DNA from: Carpediemonas membranifera BICM
Taxonomy: Eukaryota > Protista > Fornicata
Reading direction: 5' to 3'
Length of the DNA: 64,000 nucleotides
Assembly: GCA_019828565.1 (NCBI GenBank)
Contig: JAHDYR010000062.1
Coordinates: 1,312,421-1,376,420 of the forward strand
Part shown: in pieces, positions 44,192 through 53,883 of the stretch
Numbering within the stretch: position 1 is the first letter of the stretch
How the letters are laid out: every line of letters starts with the position of its first letter
The notes under the pieces: generated by a model
Told to the model about the DNA's origin: nothing
Database searches by the model: none
What the model saw: only the letters and a program-made list of their open reading frames with translations
Position numbers and translations under genes: made by a program

Positions 44192-44464
44192 GTGGCGGGT
44201 TGAGTGCCATTGTGTGAACGTGTTTTCTCTCGGCTCCAGCCTTCTCATGGGGTCCGACCTATCCCGTCGCGTGCTCAAGAACGAGCCTGCTCTCCGACTG
44301 GTGCCGCTACAGTGGCTAGAGCGCATGTCACCGCTGGCGGCCGTATAATTGATAGATAGATTGGGTTGCTGGATCATAAACGGTTTCAGTTTTTTCCAGC
44401 GTTCTGGATACATGCTGACTCAGCAGGGAGCAGTTTAAGGTTAGAATACGAAACTGGCCTTATA

Positions 44465-45340
44465 ATGAACCGTCTTGTGTTCCTTGGATTTGTACTAGTT
44501 GCGGCCGTTATGGCCATCGATTTCGTCGCCTTTGAGGAGATTCAGAACGACCAGAGCGATCTTATTGTTTCTTTCCTTGATTCCTCCAACGAGCTCGGCG
44601 AGGCCATGATCAAGACCCTTGAGACCCTCGAGACCGAGGAGCTCTTCAACGGCTTCCGCTTTGTCGCTGTCGACAAGGTCAAGGGCAACGAAGACTTCTT
44701 CGCCACCAGCGGCTTCGGCGATGCTCCTCTTGTGTTCATCACCACCGAGAAGGACGGCATTGACCGCGTTGAGGGCACTGATATCGACGTCATCCGCTCC
44801 GCCATGGAGGAGAAGCGCATGGAGGTCCCCACCGACTCCGTCGTCACGCTCACCTCGGGCGAGGCCATCGAGAACATCCTCCTTAGCGAGAAGCCCGTCA
44901 TCATCAAGTGTTTCGAGCAGTGGTGCGGCCACTGCAAGCACCTCGCCCCCACCTTCGCCAAGGCCGGCAAGCTCGCTGAGAACGCCATCTTTGCCGAGGT
45001 TGAGTGCTCTTTCAACGACGAGACCAAGGCTTTCTGCGACGAGCGTGGTGTCCGCGGCTTCCCTACCGTTGTCGGGTACGCCAACGACCAGTTCGTGAGA
45101 TATCAGGGCGCCCGCAATGTCAAGAGCCTCGTCGCCTTCGTCGACGAGCTCGCTGAGAACATCGAGGGCCTTATCTCCCAGGAGGAGGAGCTCAAGGCCG
45201 CTGAGGAGGCTGAGGCCAAGGCCGAGGAGGCCCGCCACGCCGAGGAGGAGGCTCTTGAGGCCCGCTGGATGGAGCTCATGGACCGCATCGCTGAGCTCGA
45301 GGCCGAGAACAAGGCTCTCAAGGAGCAACTCGAGGCTTAA
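44465..45340 (+). CDS. Protein disulfide isomerase/thioredoxin-domain protein with C-terminal coiled coil
   Basis: Signal peptide, WCGHCKHLAP, GVRGFPTV, YQGAR. Confidence 0.9.
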   Translation: MNRLVFLGFVLVAAVMAIDFVAFEEIQNDQSDLIVSFLDSSNELGEAMIKTLETLETEELFNGFRFVAVDKVKGNEDFFATSGFGDAPLVFITTEKDGIDRVEGTDIDVIRSAMEEKRMEVPTDSVVTLTSGEAIENILLSEKPVIIKCFEQWCGHCKHLAPTFAKAGKLAENAIFAEVECSFNDETKAFCDERGVRGFPTVVGYANDQFVRYQGARNVKSLVAFVDELAENIEGLISQEEELKAAEEAEAKAEEARHAEEEALEARWMELMDRIAELEAENKALKEQLEA

Positions 45341-45490
45341 ATGTCTGTTGTTTGATTCATGTTTATTGCTAGAGTGCCACCGAATGCTGTCTCTGCCGGC
45401 TCAATGCCAAGGCTCTGACATGAGTATCTGCTCTTGATCCCCGAGGCTCGGAGCAAGGCTGCGGACGGCATGTGGGTCGGGGTGTGGGCA

Positions 45491-45529
45491 GTCTCCCTAC
45501 CGACTTAAGACGTGAGTAGGAGGGAGACA
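45491..45529. mobile_element. 39-bp hairpin micro-MITE (TIR GTCTCCCT/AGGGAGAC) with 5-bp TSD GGGCA
   Basis: GGGCA at 45486-45490 and 45530-45534; same sequence at 4753-4790. Confidence 0.6.
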
Positions 45530-45716
45530 GGGCAGTGTTGCGCAGTATAAACACATTGTTCGATAGCCAGAGTGTGCCACGCAGGATAAGAATACTTGAG
45601 TCCAAAACACACAGTGATCCAAGCAGCATCAGGATCGCAGTGTGGTTCATCATACTCTATCAATCGTGCGCTGCATATCACGCGCGCTGCAGCGCGTGCT
45701 TGCTCAACTTAGCAAG
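45516..45716 (-). ncRNA. Candidate Fanzor omegaRNA (scaffold to 45536, guide 45535-~45516)
   Basis: Lies between the Fanzor stop and the conserved element end. Stems CTTGCT/AGCAAG (45699-45716), CACGCG/CGCGTG (45679-45698), GATCC/GGATC (45616-45636). Position inferred from TnpB/Fanzor architecture. Confidence 0.5.
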
Positions 45717-48234
45717 TTAATGATAGTGAGGAAGAGCACCTCTCTGGGAGTCGTAGTGGAAAGGAGATTGCTCTATCTGATCTGAAGTTGCATCGTAGAT
45801 GCACCAAAGGATGTTCTCGCTGGCGCTCTTATCTCGGTGAGAGAGATTGAGAAGTATCGTCTCTAGTCTCTCTGCTCGGGATGCCGACGTAGCCGTTCAA
45901 CGCGCCATGGAGCTCCCTCGCACGCGGGATTCTGGCAGAGCATGGTGCGGTATGTGTGCACCACACGTCTGAAGTGTGCTTTGCAGTATGGGCACACGAT
46001 GGAAGTGCGGAATTCGGAGACCATCGTGACTGTCACGACGACGTTGTGCCGGAGCATTATGCCAGGAAGTGCTCGAGCAAAGTGGCGGTACGGAGCACAG
46101 GAGGGAGTGCCGGCAGAACCGAACAGTGCAGCCCCATACGCGACTTTGAGGTGAATGGGCTCCGGGGTGCGCCCGCCGAGATCATCCAGGAGTTGACGTC
46201 CAGCCCGGGCGAAGTGCTTCAGGCGCAGACAGTGATTGGCAAAAAGTCGCACGGCGGAAACACTTTCTCGTCCCCTCGTTGATGATCTGAACGATGTTCT
46301 CATGGACAAACCTAATCGACTGTTTGAGAGCCTCTAGACTTGTCGTTTTGAACGATGCTGCGCTCATATTCACGCGGAAAGAGGGGGTGGCAGTGTAGCC
46401 ACACTTAGCGAGTACGCCAGATACACTCTGCCCGTCTGGGCGGCGGATCGTGTAGCCGCCCAGCGACCGAGCACCAGGGTCGAAGCCCATGAGAGCTTGA
46501 ATGTCCGGGGCAGGAGTAGCCTCGGCGTCATCCTGACCGAGCCGAGCCCGCTTGTTATTGTTACCCTTTTTGTACGTGGGCCGGTCAGCCACCCGACCGC
46601 CACGGTATTTCTCGCGACCCACCCAAACCTTCACAGCAACAGAGACCCCGTCAGTCTTCACAAAGAGCACTCTGCGGAGCTTGGTGATGTCGCCGTGATC
46701 ACGCTCGTATCTATCAACCTGCTCAGTGGTCAAGTTCTTAGTTGCTGACCAATTCACGTGCTCACGGAGGCGCCTCTTCATCGCTGGGGTGAGCGCTGTT
46801 ACTCCGCGCTCGATGGTCATGAACCCAGGCTTGACCGGTGCCATCGGCACGAACGGAATGAGCTTCGGCTCTGGCAGGGCCTGACTGAGCTCGAGGTTCA
46901 CGGCACGAGTGAGTGTGACCAGCTTGGTCACTGCAGCACTCATGCGCGTGACGCACGACAGCACGCCGACAAGGGCCTCGGCCACAGTATCAGTGCGACC
47001 CACCCGTTGCCCCTCGGGAAATGCATGCATTTGACGATGATGCATGCCATGATCGGCGGATATTGCGGCTAACTCGGTGTCGAGCTCGCCTTGGGTGTCG
47101 AGAAAATCCTGTCGAACACCCGGCCGATCATGGAGGAGCGGACGCACCCGTTCTAACCCAGCACGAAGACGGGTCAGGTACCCGGGTGACGCGCGCGAGA
47201 GCCAGACCCGGGTGGCTGTGGAGTACTCGCCCAACCAGGTGTCAAATGGCTTGCACAAGCCAATGTAGCTATAAGCCGTGACGAAGTCCCGGACGAGTGG
47301 GGTTATGTCAGGGTCCCTCCACATCGCCAGGTCGCCAATCCACCTGCACCGATCCGCTGCCTTTGCCTTGGACACCTTTTGCTGAGCAATGCTGACGATC
47401 TGCGCGAGGACTTCCTCGTCGAACAGGTTGACCGTCCTCGGTAGGGTCAACGCGTGCGCAGATGCAGCGACGTACGCAAGCAGGCAAGTGAATGTGTACT
47501 TAGCCTGCGTGAAAGAACGCATGCCGGGTTCAAGATTTCCTCGCCGCGGCGCGTTGTTATCGCCTCCACCGTTAATCTCGCCAATGGCCTTGTTAACGGA
47601 AGCCTTCACCGTGCATATCTTGGAAGGCATCGGAGTCTATTGAGCTGCCTGCATCGATCATTTCTTTTCAGGGTTCATCAGCTAGCAGCATCCCTCAAAA
47701 CACAAGAAACCAGCATCATGCAGCACAAAGCGTCTTTACTACTAGCTACAACCGCTTTCCACCACTAGTGTCTCTCACAACAGACGAAGATGACGAAGAC
47801 GACGACGTCATGAGCTTCAGACGCCGGCAATGGACGGCAGATGAGCGCGTAACAGACGAGAAAGATGACAGCAGCGTTCGACACAGACGATGGACGACAG
47901 ACGACGCATCTTTTCGTGCAGACCGACGACTGAAAGCACGAAAGCCAGATGGTACAGACGAGGGCTGAAGTGGGTGAGTGGAGGTAGTGTGCCGCGCAGG
48001 ATTAGAATTGCTCAGTCTAAACTGGCTGGAGCGAGAACCAAGATCCCGCCCAGAACCGTCGCTCTTACCATCGCCGACGCCCTCATGTCCGCTACCCTTC
48101 TGGTGTACGACAGGTGGGCCGTCAGACTGAACCTGTTCAGTCCTCTGGAGTTCATCCCAGGGGGGTCGACAGCCTAAGTCACCTTTACATGAATCCTCCA
48201 CATAAACCCTCTAAACATCTCTAAATACCACACA
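45536..48234 (-). mobile_element. ~2.7-kb Fanzor-carrying transposon (left boundary approximate)
   Basis: 19-nt right-end motif at 45536-45554; Fanzor ORF; 48025-48213 shared with the element at 5770-6095. No matching TSD found at the far end. Confidence 0.65.
45717..47630 (-). CDS. Fanzor1-type (TnpB-like) RNA-guided endonuclease, ~636 aa after correcting two simple-repeat indels
   Basis: FVKTDGVSVAV, RuvC-I LMGFDPG, LKVAYGAALF, RuvC-II MVSEFRTSIVC, CPYC...CQNPAC, RuvC-III HRDKSASENILW. Indels at the A5 run 46241-46245 and (TC)n 45867-45873. Confidence 0.88.
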
Positions 48235-48256
48235 GAGATTGCTCTTAATCTGCGAA

Positions 48257-49477
48257 ATGCTCTCACAGCTTCCCCAGGAAGCCGTTGAGGCATGTAGCGA
48301 CGATATATACCCCGGATTACCGAGAGTTACGTTTTCTCCGCTGACTATTGACGTGTTGCGATCCGAAAAGCACTGGAACGTTCAGGATTTGCCAGAGGGC
48401 GAGGAATACTACCTGTACATCAGGAATAAGCCTGGTGTAGCAGGGGAATGGATTCCCGAGAGTTACATTATTGATCCTGAAAACAATGAGACGTCCCGGA
48501 TAGCAACGTTGGCCGTCCCATGCCTTGGAGAGAGCGACCCTTCGAGCCATTGGGCTGTCCTGGCCTGCATCTTCACCATGGACAGGTCCGGGAGCGCCAC
48601 GTTCCCCACTCTGTATGTCCGTGACATATTAGCATGTTCTGCCGCCGACGTGAATCCCATGACGGTGCCTCAGCGGCAGGAGCTCGTGGGGAGGGTCCTC
48701 GGCGGGAAGCCCAAGGGCAGCGTCCGTGTGCGCCAGGTGTATACAGCCCGGGACCCAAAGGACGGCGGCCTCCGTCTCCTCCGCGGGGCGCCGCACGCCT
48801 CATCTGGCCTCCTGATGATACCAGACGACGCCGAGCCCCTGACGGCCTTCCTGCACATGCCCGACAGCAGCTTCCCGGTCCGGTTCCGTCTGACGCTGGA
48901 GCGGTGGCAGGGGCGTGTTGTCGGCCGGCCAGTGCAGTCGATCGCTGAGGGCAGGCTGTCCGTTCTGTCCGACGGCGGCGAGTGCTACATCCCGGACACC
49001 GCCAGCAAGCGGACGAACGTAGACTTCCCGGTGGAGATCCCACAGCATATTGAGGTAGCCCTGAGGCGGCTCGACCAGAACCGACTGAGGTCGACCCTGT
49101 CGTACCAGCGGGACCGGGGTGAGAACGTCCACTCTGACCCAGTCATCGTCGAGGCGTACTTCGACAGTCTGCAGACGAACACGACCGTATACACCCGGAC
49201 GGGGGAGACGTCAGACAGCGCCCACGGGTACGGTGGACGGGGTCGGACGACGTACGAGGCCAGACGGAGCACCAGGACATGCGGGTGGCGCATAGTCAAG
49301 ATCACCGACGCGCCTCTGCCGGACACACTGACGTCCTATCTCGAGACGATGGCGCTGCAGGCCAGGTTCCTGCGGGACACCGACCTGCTCGCCGCCATAA
49401 CCGGAGAGGACCGGTGGGGAGATATGGACCCCTGCCGGCTGGACGGGGACGGGCCATGGGGCTGGATGTTCGAGTAA
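48257..49477 (+). CDS. mRNA-capping guanylyltransferase/snurportin-fold protein lacking KxDG
   Basis: YPGLPRVTF, LPEGEEYYLYI, LYVRDILAC...QRQ, PHASSGLLMIP, GWRIVKITDAPLPDT resemble capping-enzyme motifs in the correct order. Confidence 0.5.
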   Translation: MLSQLPQEAVEACSDDIYPGLPRVTFSPLTIDVLRSEKHWNVQDLPEGEEYYLYIRNKPGVAGEWIPESYIIDPENNETSRIATLAVPCLGESDPSSHWAVLACIFTMDRSGSATFPTLYVRDILACSAADVNPMTVPQRQELVGRVLGGKPKGSVRVRQVYTARDPKDGGLRLLRGAPHASSGLLMIPDDAEPLTAFLHMPDSSFPVRFRLTLERWQGRVVGRPVQSIAEGRLSVLSDGGECYIPDTASKRTNVDFPVEIPQHIEVALRRLDQNRLRSTLSYQRDRGENVHSDPVIVEAYFDSLQTNTTVYTRTGETSDSAHGYGGRGRTTYEARRSTRTCGWRIVKITDAPLPDTLTSYLETMALQARFLRDTDLLAAITGEDRWGDMDPCRLDGDGPWGWMFE

Positions 49478-49799
49478 ACGGTGCGGATCTTTCGTATATC
49501 CAGTACTCACTGCTGTTTGTGACAAGATGGCTCTCGCGTCACTTGGTGCAATGAGCGACGCCGAAACACCGTTGTCGCCGTTTCTGAATGGTAGCGGGGC
49601 AAGGGGGACGTCGTCAACTGATCAGCGTCATGGTGCGGATACTCGAGGGTGGATGCTCATCAGGCCTCAGCCCTGGCGCGCCGCAGACCCACAATGTAAA
49701 GGGAACGTGCGAGCAGGGTGCTGGAACCCGATTGTCATCCCGTTATTCGACCTGAACTCAACGTCGGAGTCGGAATTTCGGCAAAGAACAACGAGCGGC

Positions 49800-50857
49800 A
49801 TGATGAGCCCAAGAACACCATCGTCGCCGCTAGCATCCAGGCGGCTTCAATCTCGTGGTGGATTGAGCTCTCGACAGTCAACACCGTCTTCGCCGTTCAA
49901 GAAGCAACTGGACGCGCAGGTTCGTCTTTTTCTCGGTAACCGTTCACACAGCGCAGAAAGCTTGAGACTCTAGTGAAAAGTGTTACTGATATGGACACGA
50001 GCTTCCTCGATGACGCCCAGGGCAGAACGATCCGAGACAATAATGAAGGCCTCACATTCACAGAGCTGCAAGCCCGGAATGAGGTGCTCTTCCGCGAGCT
50101 GGATGAGTCCAAGGCCCGCATAGCAGACATGGAGACGGACATGTCCGTCAGGCAGGCCAGCTACATCCGCCGGGAGAAGGATCTGATGAGCCGCATCGAG
50201 ACCCTCCAGCATAAGCTCTCAACGTTCGAGACGGAAGGTAGGGTCGCCCAGCCTCCAGAGCTGCTCAAGCTGAGGGCCCTGCACCATGACATCCAGAGCC
50301 AAATCGACGCCTCCGAGCAGCACACGGCCGAGCTCCTCCGGGAACGGGAGCGGGCCCTGACTGTGCAGTTTAGGGGGAGACTCAACGTGATCGAGGAGGA
50401 GCTCCAGACAGAGCGGAGCCGCGATCCTGACGCGGACCTTGTGATCTGGCTGCGTCGATACAAGACTGTGAACAAAGAGGTCGAGTTCCTGCGGGAGGAG
50501 TGCGAGAGGCTGCACAGAGACAACGACGTCCTCATAGACCACCTCAAGGAGGCCAACGAGCGGGCAGAGCAGGCGGAATCGAGCAAGGACCACGCGTTGA
50601 AGCACCTGCTGAGGTTGAAGCGGGAGAACAACTCCCTCAAGATCAAGCTCGGACTGCCGACAGAAGGCGATGAGAACGTCGGGACGCCCCAAGTTGCCCA
50701 GCTGCTGAAGAGCTTGGACATCCGGTTCGGGTCTGCGGCGTCTCCGAGCGGCCGGACTCCGACTGCCAAGACGCCGACGAGACCGGGCGGGCAGGGGCTG
50801 AGCCCACGGAGGCCCCTGACACAGGGGTCGCCGAGGAAGGCGCTGGCGAGTAGGTAG
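49800..50857 (+). CDS. Coiled-coil protein, 2 exons (32-nt intron 49920-49951); start uncertain
   Basis: Removing GTTCGT...GTTCACACAG joins LDAQ|RRKLETLVKSV in frame with ORF 49973-50857. Confidence 0.7.
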
Positions 50858-51046
50858 CCAACGTGTATAAATAGCCATAGCCGTGGTCAGGCCGATAGCG
50901 ACAATGATTTGGACAGGATGCTCCCTAAGGCGCTACATGGGGAATACTGGTGTCACCTCTCCCAATGTACACCGTGCAAGTGGCAGAGCGCCTAAGTCAT
51001 CTATTTCGCAGTTTAACGTTTTTCGATTTCGATCGACCCTTTCAGC

Positions 51047-52768
51047 ATGTCGGACTCGAAGGAGAAGTATTTGAAATCATTGGAGGAGATTAACGCTGTT
51101 CAGGATGGTTTCACTGAGTGGAATATCAATCCCTTCTTGAAACGGAATCTCCGCTGTCCCGATCGCGGTTTCGGCTTTTCAGGCTTTACTGACGTCCAAC
51201 AGGCTGTTGTCCCAGCCGTTGCTTCTGGAAACAACCTGATCGTTCGTGCAGAGACCGGCTCAGGCAAGACCTTGGCCTATCTTGTGCCTATTGTGAACTA
51301 TCTCGCCAACGGCCCCTTCGCCTACGATCCCACTGCGCCGACAAAGAAGGACCGCAGCCAAGGCACGTTCGCCGTGATTGTGGCGCCGACCCATGACCTA
51401 GCCGTCCAGATCCACGAGGTGGCAGAGAAGCTGACGAAGCCGTTCTACAACATCGTCTGCACCCGGCTCGTCGGTGGGGCAGACAGCGACAACGAGAAGA
51501 AGCGTCTCCGCAAGGGTGTGGGCATCATTGTCACGACCCCCGGCCGCCTTCTCTACCACCTGAAGCAGACAGCCAACCTCCGTGCAAACCTCGCGGCTCT
51601 TCGCTTCCTCGTCTTCGACGAGTCTGACCGGCTGCTCGATATGGGGTTCAAGCAGGTCATGCGGGAGATCCTGGACCGTCTTTCCGAGCTGTCCGACGCC
51701 ACGGCCCGTCAGACGCTGCTCCTCTCGGCCACGGTCGGAAATGAGCTGGAGTCATTCGCCTCGTCGTTCGAGGGCTCGTGGAAGCATGTGCTGATGGACG
51801 ACAAGGGCGACCGGGAGGCGTACAAGCTGCCCGAGTCTCTGAAGCAGGAATACGTCCTGATCCCGGCCCGGAAGAAGATCAGCACGATGCTGGCCCTGCT
51901 GGCTGCCCCGTCGTCCGTCAAGAGCATCGTATTTGTGTCTACTATCGACATTGTGACGTACATGGAGAAGCTGCTCAACCACCTGACCACCACGGCCACC
52001 CCCGTCGCCCGGCCAGCTGAGATCTTCGCGCTACACGGCAACATGCCGAGTCCCGAGCGGGCAGACATGGTCATGCGGTTCTCCAAGGCCGAGCGCGGCG
52101 TCCTCATTGCTACCGACGTTGCAGCCCGCGGTCTGGACATCCAACACCTCGATCTCGTCGTCCAGCTCGACGCCCCCGCCGACGTCACCACCTACGTACA
52201 CAGGGTCGGTCGCACTGCCCGGCAGCACGCCGTGGGACGTGCGGTGTTGTTCCTGCTGCCCGAGGTCGAGGAGCCCTTCGTGGGTGCGCTCCAGGATAGT
52301 GACATTGAGGTGCAGAAGCTGAACCTTGAGAGATTGCTGAAGACGTCGTTCAAGAAGGACCACCGGGAGACGTGGTACAGCATCCAGGACACCATCGAGG
52401 ACATCGTTGGTAAGAACACTGAGCTGCTCGAGTCTGCCCGCCTCGCCTACTCCTCCTGGACGAAGGCTTACACTGTTCGGACCAGGGCTATGCGGAAGAT
52501 CTTCAACATGCACTCGATCAAGACCAGCGGGAAACTTGGGACCATGTGTGCCTCGTTCGGCCTCAAGGAGAGCCCGACTGAGATCGCGGCGGCGCTCAGG
52601 ATGAAGAGCGAGAAGGAGCGCAGGGATCGCGAGGCCGCGGCCAAGAGGGAGCACATGCAGAAGCACCGGAAGAACAAGCTCGGGACTAAGGTCGGCAAGG
52701 GCACCAGGGACGACCGCCGCATCGGCATGGAGTCCAGGCCCCGTGGCGGTAAGGTCAAGCGGCTCTGA
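51047..52768 (+). CDS. DBP7: DEAD-box RNA helicase DDX31/Dbp7
   Basis: AETGSGKT, EKKRLRKG, TPGRLLYHL, DESD, SAT, DVAARGLD, HRVGRTAR. Confidence 0.88.
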   Translation: MSDSKEKYLKSLEEINAVQDGFTEWNINPFLKRNLRCPDRGFGFSGFTDVQQAVVPAVASGNNLIVRAETGSGKTLAYLVPIVNYLANGPFAYDPTAPTKKDRSQGTFAVIVAPTHDLAVQIHEVAEKLTKPFYNIVCTRLVGGADSDNEKKRLRKGVGIIVTTPGRLLYHLKQTANLRANLAALRFLVFDESDRLLDMGFKQVMREILDRLSELSDATARQTLLLSATVGNELESFASSFEGSWKHVLMDDKGDREAYKLPESLKQEYVLIPARKKISTMLALLAAPSSVKSIVFVSTIDIVTYMEKLLNHLTTTATPVARPAEIFALHGNMPSPERADMVMRFSKAERGVLIATDVAARGLDIQHLDLVVQLDAPADVTTYVHRVGRTARQHAVGRAVLFLLPEVEEPFVGALQDSDIEVQKLNLERLLKTSFKKDHRETWYSIQDTIEDIVGKNTELLESARLAYSSWTKAYTVRTRAMRKIFNMHSIKTSGKLGTMCASFGLKESPTEIAAALRMKSEKERRDREAAAKREHMQKHRKNKLGTKVGKGTRDDRRIGMESRPRGGKVKRL

Positions 52769-52950
52769 TTTAGCGGTAAATATTTTATTTAAGGTGATTA
52801 TCGGGTATTTGACTGCCTATGCTGTTGCTGGACATGCTTGGTAAGTGTTGCAGACATCGAGATGCTGTTCCCATTCACGACTCTTCATCAAATCGATCAA
52901 GGCAGTTTAGGAATCAATGTGTCAAATCGGGCAAAACTCAGAAATCAGCA

Positions 52951-53514
52951 ATGTCAGCATTCGGATGCCTTGTACCAGGCAGGCTTGTTACCACAGCCTT
53001 TATGTCTGTCGATGAAACCCATTTTACTCTTGATATTCCCGCTATAGGCCATGCAAAACACCTTTCAGTGTTCTTGACGGCAGAAAACCTCCTCCCTGAA
53101 GGATACGGTGCTGCCATTCATTTTGCTCTTCCACCATACCAGAACTGGAGCTACCTCGGCGGAATCACAAACAGCAAGCCCTCCGCCACCTTCCGTCTGA
53201 ATGTCGGAACGGACAACTCATCCGTAGAGGAGGCTGTGGGGCGCTTAGGGCTCGAGATAGTGCCGATCCAGGCCCTAGAGCAGCTGCAGCAGACCAAGAT
53301 GGAGAACATCACGCCCTCCCAGCAGGGCATGCTCGACCGGGTCGGCCGCAAGCTCTTCTCAAACCTCCAGGACTTCATTCAGTCGCACGCCGCGGTGATG
53401 ATGACGGAGGGCGGGCAGATGACTGAGGCTGTGTCCAGCAAGGCTTTCGACCGGTGGATCGAGTCGGTTAACCGGCGGATCCGTCTCAACCCCAAGTTCT
53501 GGGACGGTGTGTGA
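52951..53514 (+). CDS. HIKESHI: Hikeshi/OPI10 (DUF775) Hsp70 nuclear import carrier
   Basis: FGCLVPGR, WSYLGGITNSKPSATF, FDRW...RRIRLNPKFW. Confidence 0.85.
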   Translation: MSAFGCLVPGRLVTTAFMSVDETHFTLDIPAIGHAKHLSVFLTAENLLPEGYGAAIHFALPPYQNWSYLGGITNSKPSATFRLNVGTDNSSVEEAVGRLGLEIVPIQALEQLQQTKMENITPSQQGMLDRVGRKLFSNLQDFIQSHAAVMMTEGGQMTEAVSSKAFDRWIESVNRRIRLNPKFWDGV

Positions 53515-53883
53515 GACATGGTATGTGTTATGGAGTGTAGCAGCTTGTCCATGGGGGCAGGGGCAGTACGTACATAGCCTACACCGTGCCAACAGACCCG
53601 AGATGATCATCGAACGGCAACTGGACTCACAGACGGCTAGGCTGTGCTCATATATGATAAAGATGCTCTCTAGTTGTGTTGTGATGCTCTCTTGTTTGAG
53701 AAGAATCAAGCGTGGTGATTCAGCTGTAGGTCACATAGATCATACCGATGAGCGTCAAACAGTGAGACCCGCCAAACCCACGTCATGTTGTGCTGGGAGA
53801 CGTCGTAGCAGGCCCTGGGTGTCTGTGTTCATCAGAATTTTTTCTTCACAAGAAGCAGAGAACGACGTGAGCAAAAGTTTGAA

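Noticed and set aside
45717-47630. Programmed ribosomal frameshifting in Fanzor, or a nuclease-dead CAST-like effector
   Set aside because: The shift positions differ between the two Fanzor copies and lie in simple repeats, and all RuvC catalytic residues are intact.
49971-49975. Stop-codon readthrough or alternative genetic code
   Set aside because: Explained by a 32-nt intron; TAA, TAG and TGA all appear to end genes normally in this window.
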